This document shows positions 44,211-58,486 of a stretch of 64,000 nucleotides of DNA, one piece after another. Position numbers and translations under genes: made by a program. The DNA comes from Piromyces finnis finn (Eukaryota; Fungi; Neocallimastigomycota). Every line of letters starts with the position of its first letter. Positions within the stretch are counted from its first letter, which is position 1. The stretch is from assembly GCA_002104945.1 (NCBI GenBank), contig MCFH01000019.1, positions 310,001 to 374,000 on the forward strand, given 5' to 3'. The notes beneath the pieces are model-generated. The model saw nothing but the letters and a program-made list of their open reading frames with translations. It did not search any database and had not been told where the DNA came from.

Positions 44211-45652
44211 AAATACCAACACTTATTATTATACTATTGAATTACATAGAGTTTTTTTTTTAATCGACAAATAAATATCATTATCATCATTATATGATAT
44301 TTATGATATTATCTTTTTTTTAAATATATATATATATATACCTAATTATAATAAAAATCATTTAAATACTCAATCGTAATTCCGTTATAAGAAAACCCAG
44401 GCTTTTTAATACTAAATCTAAAATTTGTTATCTTTTTTTTTCAATAAATATATAATAATTAAATAAAATATATTAATAGATTTTTACCTTTATATTGGTT
44501 TATTTAAAATAGAAAAAAGAAAAACATACACTTTATTTATATATAATAGTGATAACAACAACAACAACAACAACAACAGCAGCAACAACAACACTAATAA
44601 TAATGTAACTTTAATAAAATTTAAATGATACCAAATTTAATAATAATGTTTAACCACTGAAATCAATATCTTTTTTTATTTAATATTTTTTTAAATATGT
44701 ATATAGTAATATAAAAATAAAAAAATAAAAATAAAAATAATAAAATAATAATAAATATAGTAAAATATAGTAGTAATTAGCTTTTTTTTTTTTTTTTTTT
44801 TTGTCACCTTCTTTAAAGTGCATGCATGCATATCATTAAATGCATTAAATTTACTCTACACTATCGTAAAGTATTGTAAAGTATATTATATGCAGTAGTA
44901 AATTATTTAGAAAGAAAGATAGTTTATAAAAAAATGAATACTATAATTAATTTATTCATTGTAGATTTGAGTTATATTAATAGATACCCAAATAAAATAT
45001 TAATTATAATACAAAATTATACAATACAAATAATGAATTTTTATTAAAGGAATATATAAAATTAATTTTTTATAGATTATTCAATTTAAGGTTAATCCTA
45101 ATTTAAAAGAAAAGAGTATTTTAAGTTATCAATCTACCACTTCACTTGAATTACTCTATGCTATTTCTTTAAGTTGGTTATATTTACATTATTAAAGTAA
45201 AACGGTGTTATTTAATGTTAGAAATTTAGATATATGAAATAACTACTTTTTTATTACATTAATTATTTTTATAATGAAACAAATGGAATGATAAATAACT
45301 ATTGTATTTTTTTTTTAAAAAAAAGTAGTCATTCCTAATTATCATAAAATAATATAAAACACTTTTTAACTTTTTTTTTTTAAATTCTTATATATTTAAT
45401 TATTTTTTAATTTATTATTAATACAAATCGTTTTGTCATACCTTTAAATATTAAAGTTTAAGATAGCCAATAAATTTAAGATTTTTTTTTTTTAAAAAAA
45501 TTTCAAAAAAGAAAAAAAAAAAAATATTTATATTTGACAAGGAGATAGACTTTATTCATAAATTTAGAAAAAAGAAGTTGTATTCTAGATTATTATTAGT
45601 TTTTATTATTTAATTAGCTGTTTATAAGGAAAAAAAAAGATATATATATAAA

Positions 45653-46214
45653 ATGGAAAACGAAAACGTAAATAATTTTCAAGAAGAAGAAGAATACATT
45701 AACCAAGATGAAATTGCTGAAGTTATCGATCCAGAAGAATTAGAAGGTTAATAACCATAATAAGAAATATATATTGAAAAAAATAAATGTTCGATTTAGT
45801 TATATATAAATGTATACAAATATATATATATTCATTTATAAAAAGTATATATATGAATGAAAAAAAAAATAAATAAAATTATTAAGTAGGAAATTTTTTA
45901 AAAAAAGTATAATTATAATATATATAATTATTATTACAACAATAAAAGTAACAACAACAATAACAATAATAATAACGACAATAACAAATCAAATAAAGAA
46001 AAGCAAATTAAAAATTCTTAATATATTAATAAACTTTTTTAATAATTAAAATGTAGGTGTTGATGAAGATGTTGAAATGGAAACTGAAGAAGATGACGAA
46101 GAAGTTGTTGAAAATGATTCTGAAGTTAGATTCACTAAACATACTGGTAATAAATAATAAATAATTATTAATTTAATTAGTTTATATATAATAATATATA
46201 ATATATAGTTGCTA

Positions 46215-46276
<62 letters not shown>

Positions 46277-48069
46277 TAAAAAAATTGCTAAATAAAATTG
46301 TTTAAACAAAATATCAATATATTGTTACATTTATTCAATTGATATTTTAGGTTCTATATTTGCAATTTCTTTAAATCCAATAAATCAATGTTATGCTCTT
46401 AGTGGTGGTGAAGATGATAGAGGTTTTATTTGGAATATTGTTAATGGTGAAGTTCATGCTGAATTAGGAGGTATGACCATTATATATAACAAATATGTTT
46501 TTTTTCTTTAAAAAAAAAACTTATATATTTTTATTTTGCAATCATTTAAATTTCTTATTTATTTTTAAAATATAATAATATGAATAACAATTCAATTTGG
46601 AAAAAAAAAAATGAAAGGTCACACTGATTCCGTTGTTGCTGTAGGTTTTAATATTACTGGTGAATTCGCTGCTACTGGTGGTATGGATGGTGTTATTAAG
46701 ATTTGGGATTCTAATACCGGTAAACTCGTCGCCAATTTAGATGGTCCAACTGAAATTAATGTAAATTTTTCATAAACTGTTTATCCTTAATTTAATAAGC
46801 TATTTTCATTATATATATATTAAAATTGATATTCTTAATCATTAATTAATAATATTATTTTAATATTTTTAAATGAAATTTTAAATCTTTTTATTAAATA
46901 ATTGATTCTCACTTTTCATCAAAATATAAAGTGGCTTCAATGGCATCCAAAAGGTAATATTATTTTAGCTGGTAGTAATGATGGTATGCTTTGGATGTGG
47001 TTAATTCCATCCGGTGTTTTAATGAATACTTTTGTCGGTCACCAAAGTTCTGTTTCCTGTGGTTGTTTCACTCCAGATGGTAAAAATATAGTTTCTGCTT
47101 CTGATGATGGTTCTTTGATTTACTGGAATCCAAAAACCGGAGCACCAATTTATGTTATTAAACGTAAGTAAAAAAAAAACTTTTTTTTTCTTTTTTTTTT
47201 TTTAAATAAAAGAGGAATTGTATTAAATTGTAATCCTATTATTTTTATATTATTATTTACTATCTATATAAATAATTTTATAATCCTAAATATGTTAATT
47301 TAATAATATATAACAATTTTTTTCATCAATATAGCAAATGACAGCAGATGGCATAGCAATCCAATTACTTGTTTAAGTGTTTCAATGGAACGTAACTTGG
47401 TCGTTTCTGGTTCTGCTGATGGTACAATTTGTTTATCTCAATTACAATCTGGTAGAATTGTTCAAGCTTTAGATGGTCATATGGATTCTGTTGAAGATGT
47501 TTCATTCTGTGACTGGTAAATAAATTTTTATCAATATTCGTCAAATCATAACAATAATCAACAACAGCATATATATAATACTTTTTTTTTTAAATAATTA
47601 ATACTTTTTGATTAATATATTAATTTTATTATAAATGTTATTTAAATATATATTCAGTTTACCTTTAATGGCTAGTGCATCAATGGATGGTACTGTTAAA
47701 ATTTGGGATTTAAATAATTACAGTGTTCGTCATGTCCTTAACCATGATGGTGCTGTTATTCGTTTAAAGTGGCACCAAAATTCACCAATCTTTACAACTT
47801 GTTCTAATGATAAGACTGTTCGTATGTGGGATGCCAGATCAGGAACTTGCTTAAAGGTTTGGAAGGGTCATCGTAAAAGTATATTAGATTTCGCCATGAC
47901 TCCGTAAGTTTAATAGAAAATATATTGTATAATTAATGATAATGCATTATAGATCTTCTTATTAATTTTTTAATTCAATATAAACCTTTTTTTTTTCAGA
48001 GATGGTAAGGTTGTTGCTACTGGTGGTGATGATGGTGAATCTCTTGTCTTTATGATTGATGGAGAATAA
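45653..48069 (+). CDS. SQT1: WD40 ribosome assembly chaperone SQT1/AAMP-like, multi-exon
   Basis: Acidic N-terminus, then LSGGEDD, GHTDSVVAVGF, ATGGMDG, WLQWHPKGNIILAGSNDG and VRMWDARSG. Confidence 0.8.
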
Positions 48070-48870
48070 ATCCTTTTATAAGATTACCGATATTTTATTA
48101 TAATTTCTATACCTAAATAGATATTCTTAATGCAATAAGAATATAAAAATTAAATATTAAAAATCGAGAAAATAGCAATATTTAATTAGAAATATTTATA
48201 TTTTATTATCTTTTTATTATTATTTAATAATATTCATCATTGTATTTTTTCTTTAAATTTCATAGATTTTAAATTATTTAATAATAGATGCTTCCTATAT
48301 ATATATATATACATACATTATATATAAATATTTAAAAAGTTTAATATTTTATATGAATCTTTAATAATTACCAAAAATATAAGTAAAATAATAAAAGTAA
48401 TAATTATTAAATACTACGAACTCTTTGTGTATAAATGGTAAAAGTGTTGTAAAAAAGGTTTTTATTATTTTAAAATCATATAAAAAAGTAATTTAATTTA
48501 GAATTAAACTAGTATTGAATATTGATATCTTTATATACAGGTTGATTAATGTTATTGTGTTATTCTATCTATTGATATATGAATTCGTTTATAATATTAT
48601 TTTGAACATGCCCTTTTTTTACAGAAATATTAATAACAAATAATTAATAAAATTGAACTTTTTTTTTCTATAATCCATTAAAATAATTGGTGGAAAATCA
48701 TAAATTTTTTTAAATTATAATATATTATAATATATAATGTATTATATTAAAATATATGGTGAATACTATTTGTAAACTATAAATTTTTTTTTTTTTTTTT
48801 TTTTTTCTCTACGCTTTTATTTTTTATTTATCACTATCTTTTTAGATATAAAATAATTTAAAAAAAAAAA

Positions 48871-50057
<1,187 letters not shown>

Positions 50058-50687
50058 ATTTGATTAACAATAAGAATAATGAACAAACTAAATTGAAAAA
50101 AAACCTTGATCAAGAGAAAAAAAGAAGTGATAGAATTATCAATGCAATATTTTTTTGATGATAATTACATTGATAATTTAATAATAAAATAAAAACTAAA
50201 CAAAAAAGTAAAATAAGTAAAGAAAGAAAAAAAAAATTTATTATAAATTTATAAGAAATAACTTTTATAAATTTATATTTAAAAAAAAATGCAATTATAG
50301 AAAATTAAAAAAGTAAAAAAAAATAAATAAAAATAAAATAGAAAAAAAAATTAATCTAGTGTATTTTCGTGGATTATTAATTTTGTTATTTTATATATTT
50401 ATATATCATTAATTAAAATTTAGCTGTTCCTTTTTTTTTAAAAAGTGAGATAATTACTAATAATAGTAATTATCTATATGTTTGGAATATTTAATTGAAA
50501 TTAATATTGCCATAGCAATGCATATATCGATATCAGTATCAATATCGAAAAATTCGTGCCATTCCTCTCCATGATCAAGGATCTTTCGAAAATAGTTTTG
50601 TAATTTTTTTTTTTTTTTTTTTTTTTAAAAAAATAATTTTTTATTTTATAGGAATGAAATCAAATCGAATATGGAATGGAAAGAGAA

Positions 50688-50843
50688 AAAATTTACTACA
50701 GCTACAAATAATTTTATTTAAAAAGTTTCTGTAAAAAAAAAAAAAGGATTTAATAATAATACTTATATACAAGATTTATACTTTTATAAATACGAAATAA
50801 TAAAAAAAAATGTTTTTATTAACAGGAACTTCGTCTATTCAAA
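50688..50843 (+). other. Captured copy of the SIW14 5' region (about 42455-42613)
   Basis: Near-identical to 42455-42613 apart from A-run length. Confidence 0.95.
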
Positions 50844-51259
50844 ACACCATTCTTGACGGTAACCGCGGAACTTCTAACCAAAATCATGCCTTTTGCTATT
50901 GGCCAGCAATGGTCAATGTTCAAAAGGTTTGAAGCAACATCCAAGAGCGTCAATGCTGAAGAAACAGTAAGACAGGCCAGGAGGGCCAGCGCAACCAATG
51001 GAGATCATAATTTTGTTCCATGACAAAATTTTGATCTTTGGCTCGGTGTCCCATTGGAAGTCAAATACAATTATTATACTTTAGTATGATAGTGGCTTTC
51101 TTACTTTAATTAAAATTACTAGAATACATTATACCCAATTTTTATTCATTTGTGTTTATTTAAACATATTTTTTTTTATTTTTATTTTATTTTAATTTTT
51201 ATATTACATGTATTATAATTTTAATTAAATTAATAATAAAGTTTAAAATATTTGATGCC

Positions 51260-51305
<46 letters not shown>
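50844..51305 (+). mobile_element. 5'-truncated copy of the same LINE (3' ~415 nt plus poly(A)) nested in the captured exon
   Basis: Matches 55805-56216 with one substitution in the coding part and a T-run difference. About 33-35 nt of the SIW14 copy (42614-42648) is missing at the site; no TSD. Confidence 0.95.
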
Positions 51306-51307
<2 letters not shown>

Positions 51308-51427
51308 AATAGAAGAGTTAATTCCAATGGAGAATTTTAGTATGATTTGTAAAGGTGTGTATAGAGGAGCATTTCCAAAAAAGAAAAACTTTCCTTTTTT
51401 AAAAAAACTTGGTTTAAGAAGTATATT
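51306..51427 (+). other. Captured copy of the rest of SIW14 exon 1 (42649-42770)
   Basis: 122 nt with 2 substitutions; ends at AGTATATT, exactly where the GTAAGT intron starts in the host gene. Confidence 0.95.
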
Positions 51428-51470
51428 TATTTATTTTATATTCAATATTTTTTAATTAGAATTAATTATC

Positions 51471-54400
51471 ATGTCAGTCCTTTATATTAAAGATAAGAAT
51501 TATATCAGACGTGGTACCCGGTCTTATGGTATCCCCTTAGATGATATTCGCTCCTTCTTTATCCGTGGTATTCGATCATGGTCAGTAAATATGCTATGGG
51601 AAAAACTCGAGGTTATTCTAGAAGATAAATTTAATTCAGTTATTAGTGTTAAATATTTTCAGACTTTCAATGATCACTTTTTCTTAGTCAAGGTTCATGG
51701 TTCATCGAAAGATTGTGTTAAAATCTTACACATGTTAAAGAAGAAACTTTCAGTTACCTCAATTTCCTTTTCAGCTCGTAGTAGAAGGAATCACAAATAC
51801 ACTTTTTCCACACTCAAACGTAAAATTTTAGTTTCTAATAAACATCAACTTTCAATTCAACAATCAGTTCAACAATCAGTTCAACAATCTCATCAACAAT
51901 CCGATCTTCAACAAGATCTTCAACAAGATCTTCAACAAGTTTCCCATCATGAAAATATTCCAGATCTACAGCAAACACAATTTCAATCTCAACATTCAAC
52001 AATTAATTCTAATAGCTCTATCAACTCTGCTAACAGTTCAATAGTTGATAGTTCTTCAGTTTCACAGCCATCTAGTAATAGTTCTACTTATTCCTCTGAT
52101 GCATCATCCATTAATAACGATGACTTTAATAATAATAATAATAGCAACGATTCTTCCTCATCCAACAAGCCTGATAACTTTTCTTTTTGTCTTAGTTGGA
52201 ACACCAATGGGTGGAATCACGAAAAGAGAGATAGTATTAGCTATTTCACAGCTATTTTCAAACCATTATTCTTATGTTTCCAAGAAACTGGTAATGGTTC
52301 TGGTTCGAATACAGATTATCCTTGTCGTGTTACTTTGCGAAACTATAGACACTTTTTCAAGAAAGCTGACGAATCAGTTCCGGGAATGAGAGGTTTATAT
52401 TTAGGTTTTCACAATTCGTGTCAAGCCTCACTTGAAAACTTCTCTGGAAAGTATATTATTTCTATTTATACTTTTAGTCTTTGGAATAGATTCAAATGCT
52501 CGATTGGAAATGTTTATATGTCTCATAGTCATCACAACATCTATGTTGATCATGCAAAGTTAGAAGTTCGCTTGTGGTTACAAACTCATTCATCCCATCC
52601 ATCGATTCTTGTTGATGATTTTAATATGTCTAAAGTAAAATTATCCAACTGGTTATCAACTAATGGATTAGGAGATTGGGAAATTCTTCCGCTTAGAGAG
52701 TCGACTATCTCTTGGACTCGAGGTGATCAATCTTCCGACATTGACCATGCTCTTATCAATTCGAAGATGAAAGATCTTATTCACTCAGGATCATTTATAA
52801 ATAATTTTTATCCTGTATCAGACCATAAGCCACTTCTTATTAATGGTAAAATTATTCCTATGGAAGATTTTTCTAATGACTTTAATGTTCCTAAGAAAAT
52901 TCTGAAATGGAATAGATTAAAATGTATTGAGGAAAAGGAATCTATTCTCAGTCATAATAAATTCCAAATACTTTCAGCAAAATTCAACGATCCTAATGTT
53001 TCTACAGATGAACTTTCCAAAGAGTTTACTTCAACTGCTTTTTCAATTGCAGACGAGCTCAGTATTACCTCAGCAAATAATGTTATAAAGTCTTCATTTC
53101 ATATTTCACAACAAATTTTTAATCTTCAAAAAATCAAAATGAAGTTGTATAAGAGATTTAAAAAAGAAAGAATTTATGATATAGATGAATTTATTAAAAG
53201 AATTAAAATCTACCGTAAGCTCATTGATTACATCCACAAAAGATGTAATGAATTTAGGAAACAAGAATATCTTCATTGGATTAAAACAGGATGTGAGTAT
53301 ATGAAGAGTCATAATCCTAAGAAGGCCTGGAAATGGATCAAGAAAACTGCAAAAATAGGAAAAGATTCTTTCTTTATTGCTCAACCAATTAAAAATAAAA
53401 ATGGAGAATTAGTTGTTGCTACAGAAGAACAACTAGAAGTGTGGCATGATCATTTCGAAAAGCTTGCATCAGATCCAAGTGGTGTAAGTCTTGATTTGGA
53501 GCATTGGTATGAAGAACCAATGAATAAACGTTTTTCACTTCCTATGCTTGATGAGTGGGATATCAACCAAGATATTAGTATTGATGAAGTCAAGTCAGCT
53601 ATCCTCTCTACTCCAAATTATAAAGCATCAGGTCCGGATGGTATTCCAATTGAATTTTACAAAGCATTAATTCCATCAAGTAATGATTCTAATAATGCTA
53701 CAGATAATAATTCTTCCGGTAATACCACTTCAGATAATGATGCTCATGGTTTAAATTTTATTCTTAAATTATTCAACCGTATTTGGGATGGAGACTTCCC
53801 CAACTCATGGAATGAATCCAGTATTGTTTCTATTCCTAAGAAGGGAGATTTGACAGATTGTGATAACTATCGAGGTATATCACTTATCAATAATGGCATT
53901 AAGTTGATTTCCAAAATTGTCACCACTAGAATCTCAGAAAATGGTCTAAAGAATAATTTCATTAGACCTGAACAATTTGGTTTTCGAAAAAAGGAAGAAA
54001 GTATCAGTCTTTTCATTTCAATCCAAGAAATATGCCGTAGACGTCAATTAGATAATAAAGAGACATATTTGGCCTTTTTAGATCTCAGGAAAGCATACGA
54101 TTCAGTCCCAATCGGTAATATTCTCCATAAATTAGATTGTTTAGGAATCCGAGGTAAGAGTTTACAATTTATCAAAAATTTATATTTAACATCTAAGGCT
54201 AATGTCAAATTAGATGGACAATTCTCGAAATCTTTTGATGTGAAGAAAGGAGTCCGTCAAGGATGCCCTCTTTCTCCTATTCTCTTTAATCTCTTTATTA
54301 ATGATATATTTAAAGAGTGCGAAGATCTAGGAGTCAGTTTAGGTGACACTCGATGCTGTGGTGGACTTTTTGCAGATGATATAGTTATTTGTGCTCCAAC

Positions 54401-55985
54401 AAGAGGATGCTTAAAAAAGATGCTAAGAAGAGTTAATGAATGGGCCTTGTATAATGAAATGGAATTTGGTATCCAGAAGTGTTCAACGATGGTGATTCGT
54501 CCTGAATCAATAGAAAATCAGAACAAGAGAGATCCAACATTTTACTTAGCAGGACAACCCATTCCAACTACTGATTGCTATACTTATCTTGGTGTTCCAT
54601 TTGATAAGAATCTGTCCCTTAAACCAGTAATTAAAGCTCTTAATAACAAGGTTTTGAAAGGACTTTTTTCAGTCAGTAAATTCTTAAGAAATCCTAATAT
54701 TCCTATTCCCTTCAAAAAGCTAGTACTTAACTCACAAGTGATTAGCAGAGTTTCATACTTTGCACCATTACTTGGATCCAACAAAGCCAGGTCTAGGATT
54801 GCTCAGAAGCATGTTAACAAAGGAATACGATGGGTTGCCGGAGTTCATAAAGCTGTATCGTTTATATCTTTATACTCTATCTCAAAAGATTTGAATATTC
54901 CTCCATTGTCAGCCAAATGTGCGTTAGCTCAGGTTAGATGTTTTAACAAATGGAAAAACTCAAATTGTATTATCTCATACCTTGTCAATTACATTCCTAA
55001 ATTTAGAAAATACACGTGGTGCAAATCAAGTAGGACACTTGATAAAAAATTAAAGAAACATGGAGATGTTAAAGCAGTTAAAAACTTTTATTGGAAAGAT
55101 CTCAAAGGAAATTCAATCAAAGCGCAATATTATGATGATAATAAATTTATTGAAACTAAAGATTTTATCAAATTATGTTATGAGTACCCAGAGTTTGCCT
55201 ATGGCTTCTACTGGCTCTTGAAAGCAAGAAGCGGATACAAGTTGGATGCTAGAGTTGCCAAAGCTGCTAAATTTGTTGATCCAGTTTGTCCTAACTACTG
55301 TCCATGTTGCAAGTGTGGAGATCAAAGTATTAAACATTGGTTATTAGATTGTCCAACATTTAGAGATATCCGTATTAAACATTATGAATCCATAGTCCAG
55401 CTACTAAATTTTTTCAGTCAACGTAATTCCAATAGTCCTATCAATAATAATGAAAATGTTAATATCAGTAGAGATAGCAATAACATTAATAGTAATAGTA
55501 ACAATAGTAGTAATAACAATAGTAGTAATAGAAATAGTAATAATAACAATAGTAGTAATAGAAATAATAATATTAGTAATGATAACAATAGTGAAGATAA
55601 TAATTCTAATTTAGATAGTAATTTAGTTAATGATAGTAATAGTTCTAATAATCCGGTGAATATTAATGTGTATGATTATTCTAGTGTGTGCAGTAAAATA
55701 TTTAAATTCCTTCTTGGGGGAAGAAGTTTTAACAATATTAATTACAATTCAAGGGAATGGAAAGAACTTTGTAAGCGTCAGATTCAATCTGGTACTAATG
55801 AAGGAACACCATTCTTGACGGTAACCGCGGAACTTCTAACCAAAATCATGCCTTTTGCTATTGGCCAGCAATGGACAATGTTCAAAAGGTTTGAAGCAAC
55901 ATCCAAGAGCGTCAATGCTGAAGAAACAGTAAGACAGGCCAGGAGGGCCAGCGCAACCAATGGAGATCATAATTTTGTTCCATGA
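51471..55985 (+). mobile_element. Non-LTR retrotransposon (LINE), single 1504-aa ORF: putative RRM-like N-terminus, APE endonuclease, reverse transcriptase and CCHC knuckle; 3' UTR and poly(A) extend to 56253
   Basis: APE motifs SWNTNG, FQET, DDFN, IDH and SDHKP. RT motifs GPDGIP, NYRGISL, QFGFR, DLRKAYDSV, GVRQGCPLSP, FADD and YTYLG. CPCC..H..C near the C-terminus. Clade not determined (RTE-like single-ORF layout). Confidence 0.95.
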
Positions 55986-56213
55986 CAAAATTTTGATCTT
56001 TGGCTCGGTGTCCCATTGGAAGTCAAATACAATTATTATACTTTAGTATGATAGTGGCTTTCTTACTTTAATTAAAATTACTAGAATACATTATACCCAA
56101 TTTTTATTCATTTGTGTTTATTTAAACATATTTTTTTTTTTATATTTAATTTTTTTATTACATGTATTATAATTTTAATTAAATTAATAATAAAGTTTAA
56201 AATATTTGATGCC

Positions 56214-56256
<43 letters not shown>

Positions 56257-56496
56257 AATCGAATATGGAATGGAAAGAGAAGAAAGGTTGTCTTTTCGAA
56301 GCATTTCCTGTAGTATTCAATAGATTGATTTATAATTAATTATTTATAGTTAAAAAAAAAATTATATATTTTCTATTCATTTTTTTTAACGACAAGAATT
56401 TTTTGATATTGATATATACATTGATATATTTTTATTCAACATTTTCATAATTTGAATATTTAATCATTAATATTATAAAAAATATAGTATATTAAA

Positions 56497-56908
56497 ATGA
56501 AATAAAGTATTATTTGTATTGAATTATTGGCATTATTATGCTTAAGTATTGGTGTTAGACCATATGGTACTACTGAAATTTGCTCACAAGGTCCTAATAG
56601 ATTATACCGTAACCGGCGTAATTTATCTGTATTTGGATGCTATCATTTTGGTAAAGCAAATACTAATTCTTTTACTGAATGTTGTGTTGTAGTTGCTAAT
56701 GGTAATGTTAAAGTACATAATACTAATGTGCTCAGGACCAGCAAAAAAATTAATATCCAATGTATGTTGATAAATTTAATCGTTTATACAATGTGCCTAT
56801 CGTACTAATGAATTTAATACACAATGTGGTAATGTTAGTAATAAAACAAGAAAATGGGTTAACTTAAAGGAAAGCATTGAAAAAGAGTGCAAAGATCATC
56901 CAAATTAA
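56497..56908 (+). pseudogene. Possible pseudogene of a small secreted Cys-rich protein
   Basis: ATG AAA TAA, then in-frame SIICIELLALLCLSIGVRPYG (signal-peptide-like) and several Cys; apparent frameshift before a ..QCGNV..KECKDHPN* tail. Confidence 0.35.
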
Positions 56909-57185
56909 GTATTTTTTTAAAAAGTATTCTTATATATATTAACACTTCCATTATTATAGATTATATAGTATGTATTATTCTATCTATTTATATTTATAGT
57001 CATATTTATATTATATATAAATGTGTTAAAATGTATTAAAACATATCAATGTATATATCAATATCAGTGTCAATATCAAAAAATTCGTGTCATTAAAAAA
57101 AATGAATAATTCAAATAATGATATTACTGACTTATTGACAAGATAGTTTTTTATTATGCGCATTGAGTAATCCTTTTTATTATTT

Positions 57186-57237
<52 letters not shown>

Positions 57238-58486
57238 TTGAATAATACTTATTAAAGAATATATTTTCATTCTAAACCTTTTTTTTATTGTTATTAGAAA
57301 ACCGACAAAAAAAAGGTTATGAAAATTATTTTTTTGTTCCTGATTAATGTAGATAATATAATTCATCTTTTTTCTGATTAATTTTGTTTTAAAGGTTTAT
57401 AATAAAAAGCTGTCAAAGTATGCATTATGGTATTTGGATAATACAATTTTTTTTGTAATAAAGTATAGATGTAATGATTTTTTTAAAATATGTTGTATAG
57501 AATTAGGTGAATGATTAAAAAGGAATAAAAAGTAAAAGTTTTGTTGTGACAGGTAACTCCACCAAACAATTATATTAAAATCTAACCCTACACAAATAAT
57601 TAGACTTTTCATTTTTTCTTATTACCATATCAAATGTATACAAAAAATTGTTTGTATAACAATTATTAATTTTTAAATGGAGACATTTATTGTTTCCATT
57701 TTTTAATTAAATTTTTTTAAAATTTTACATCTTCAAAAAAAAAAAAAAAACTAATTGTTAGAGATAATCATTTTATATTTTATTTTTAAAAAAGGAAAAA
57801 GATAAAAAGATATAAAAGTTTATTATAAATTTTAATATAGGAAAAAAAAAGAATAGAGGAAATAATAACAGAAAAAATAATTCTATTAATAGTATTAATT
57901 AATTATTTTATAATTCTTTTTCTTAATAAAGTTTTATTTTCTAAAAATTTATAATTTATGAAAAAAAAAAAAAAAGAAATTATTTACTTTTTTAAATAAT
58001 ATTAATAATAACAGTTCATTATCATCATCTTAATATTATGGGTAGTAATACTAAATAAAACAAAAAACTAAATAATAAAAATAATAATTAATGTATATTT
58101 AAATATTTTATATTTAATTATTAGTATTTTTTTTTTTATTGGTATCGAATAGTTGTAAAAATAAATAATACTTTAGCTAAAAAGAATAAACTTTTTTTTT
58201 TTAAAAGTCAAAAATAAAAAATAATAATGAAAAAAAAAAATAAACGTTTATTCTTTTTTTTTTATTTTATAGTAATAATCAGACAAAATAAAAATAAAAT
58301 AAAAATAAAATAGTCATTTAATTCCTATTTTTTCAATATTAATCAACTATTCAACTGATGTTTTTTTTTTTTTTTTTTCTTTTTTTTTTTATTTTTTTGA
58401 AGATTTTTTTTAATATATTTATAATTTTATTTGCTTAAATATTACATATATATATAGGTTTTTTCTTTCTTTTTTTTTTTTTTTTT

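Larger units (their letters stand above)
50657..56281 (+). mobile_element. Composite retrotransposon insertion bounded by a 31-bp target-site duplication
   Basis: AAATCAAATCGAATATGGAATGGAAAGAGAA at 50657-50687 and 56251-56281, the latter directly after the poly(A). Confidence 0.92.

Noticed and set aside
51252-51455. Second functional SIW14 paralog
   Set aside because: Only exon 1 is present, interrupted by a LINE fragment; the N-terminal poly-Lys is a poly(A) tail.
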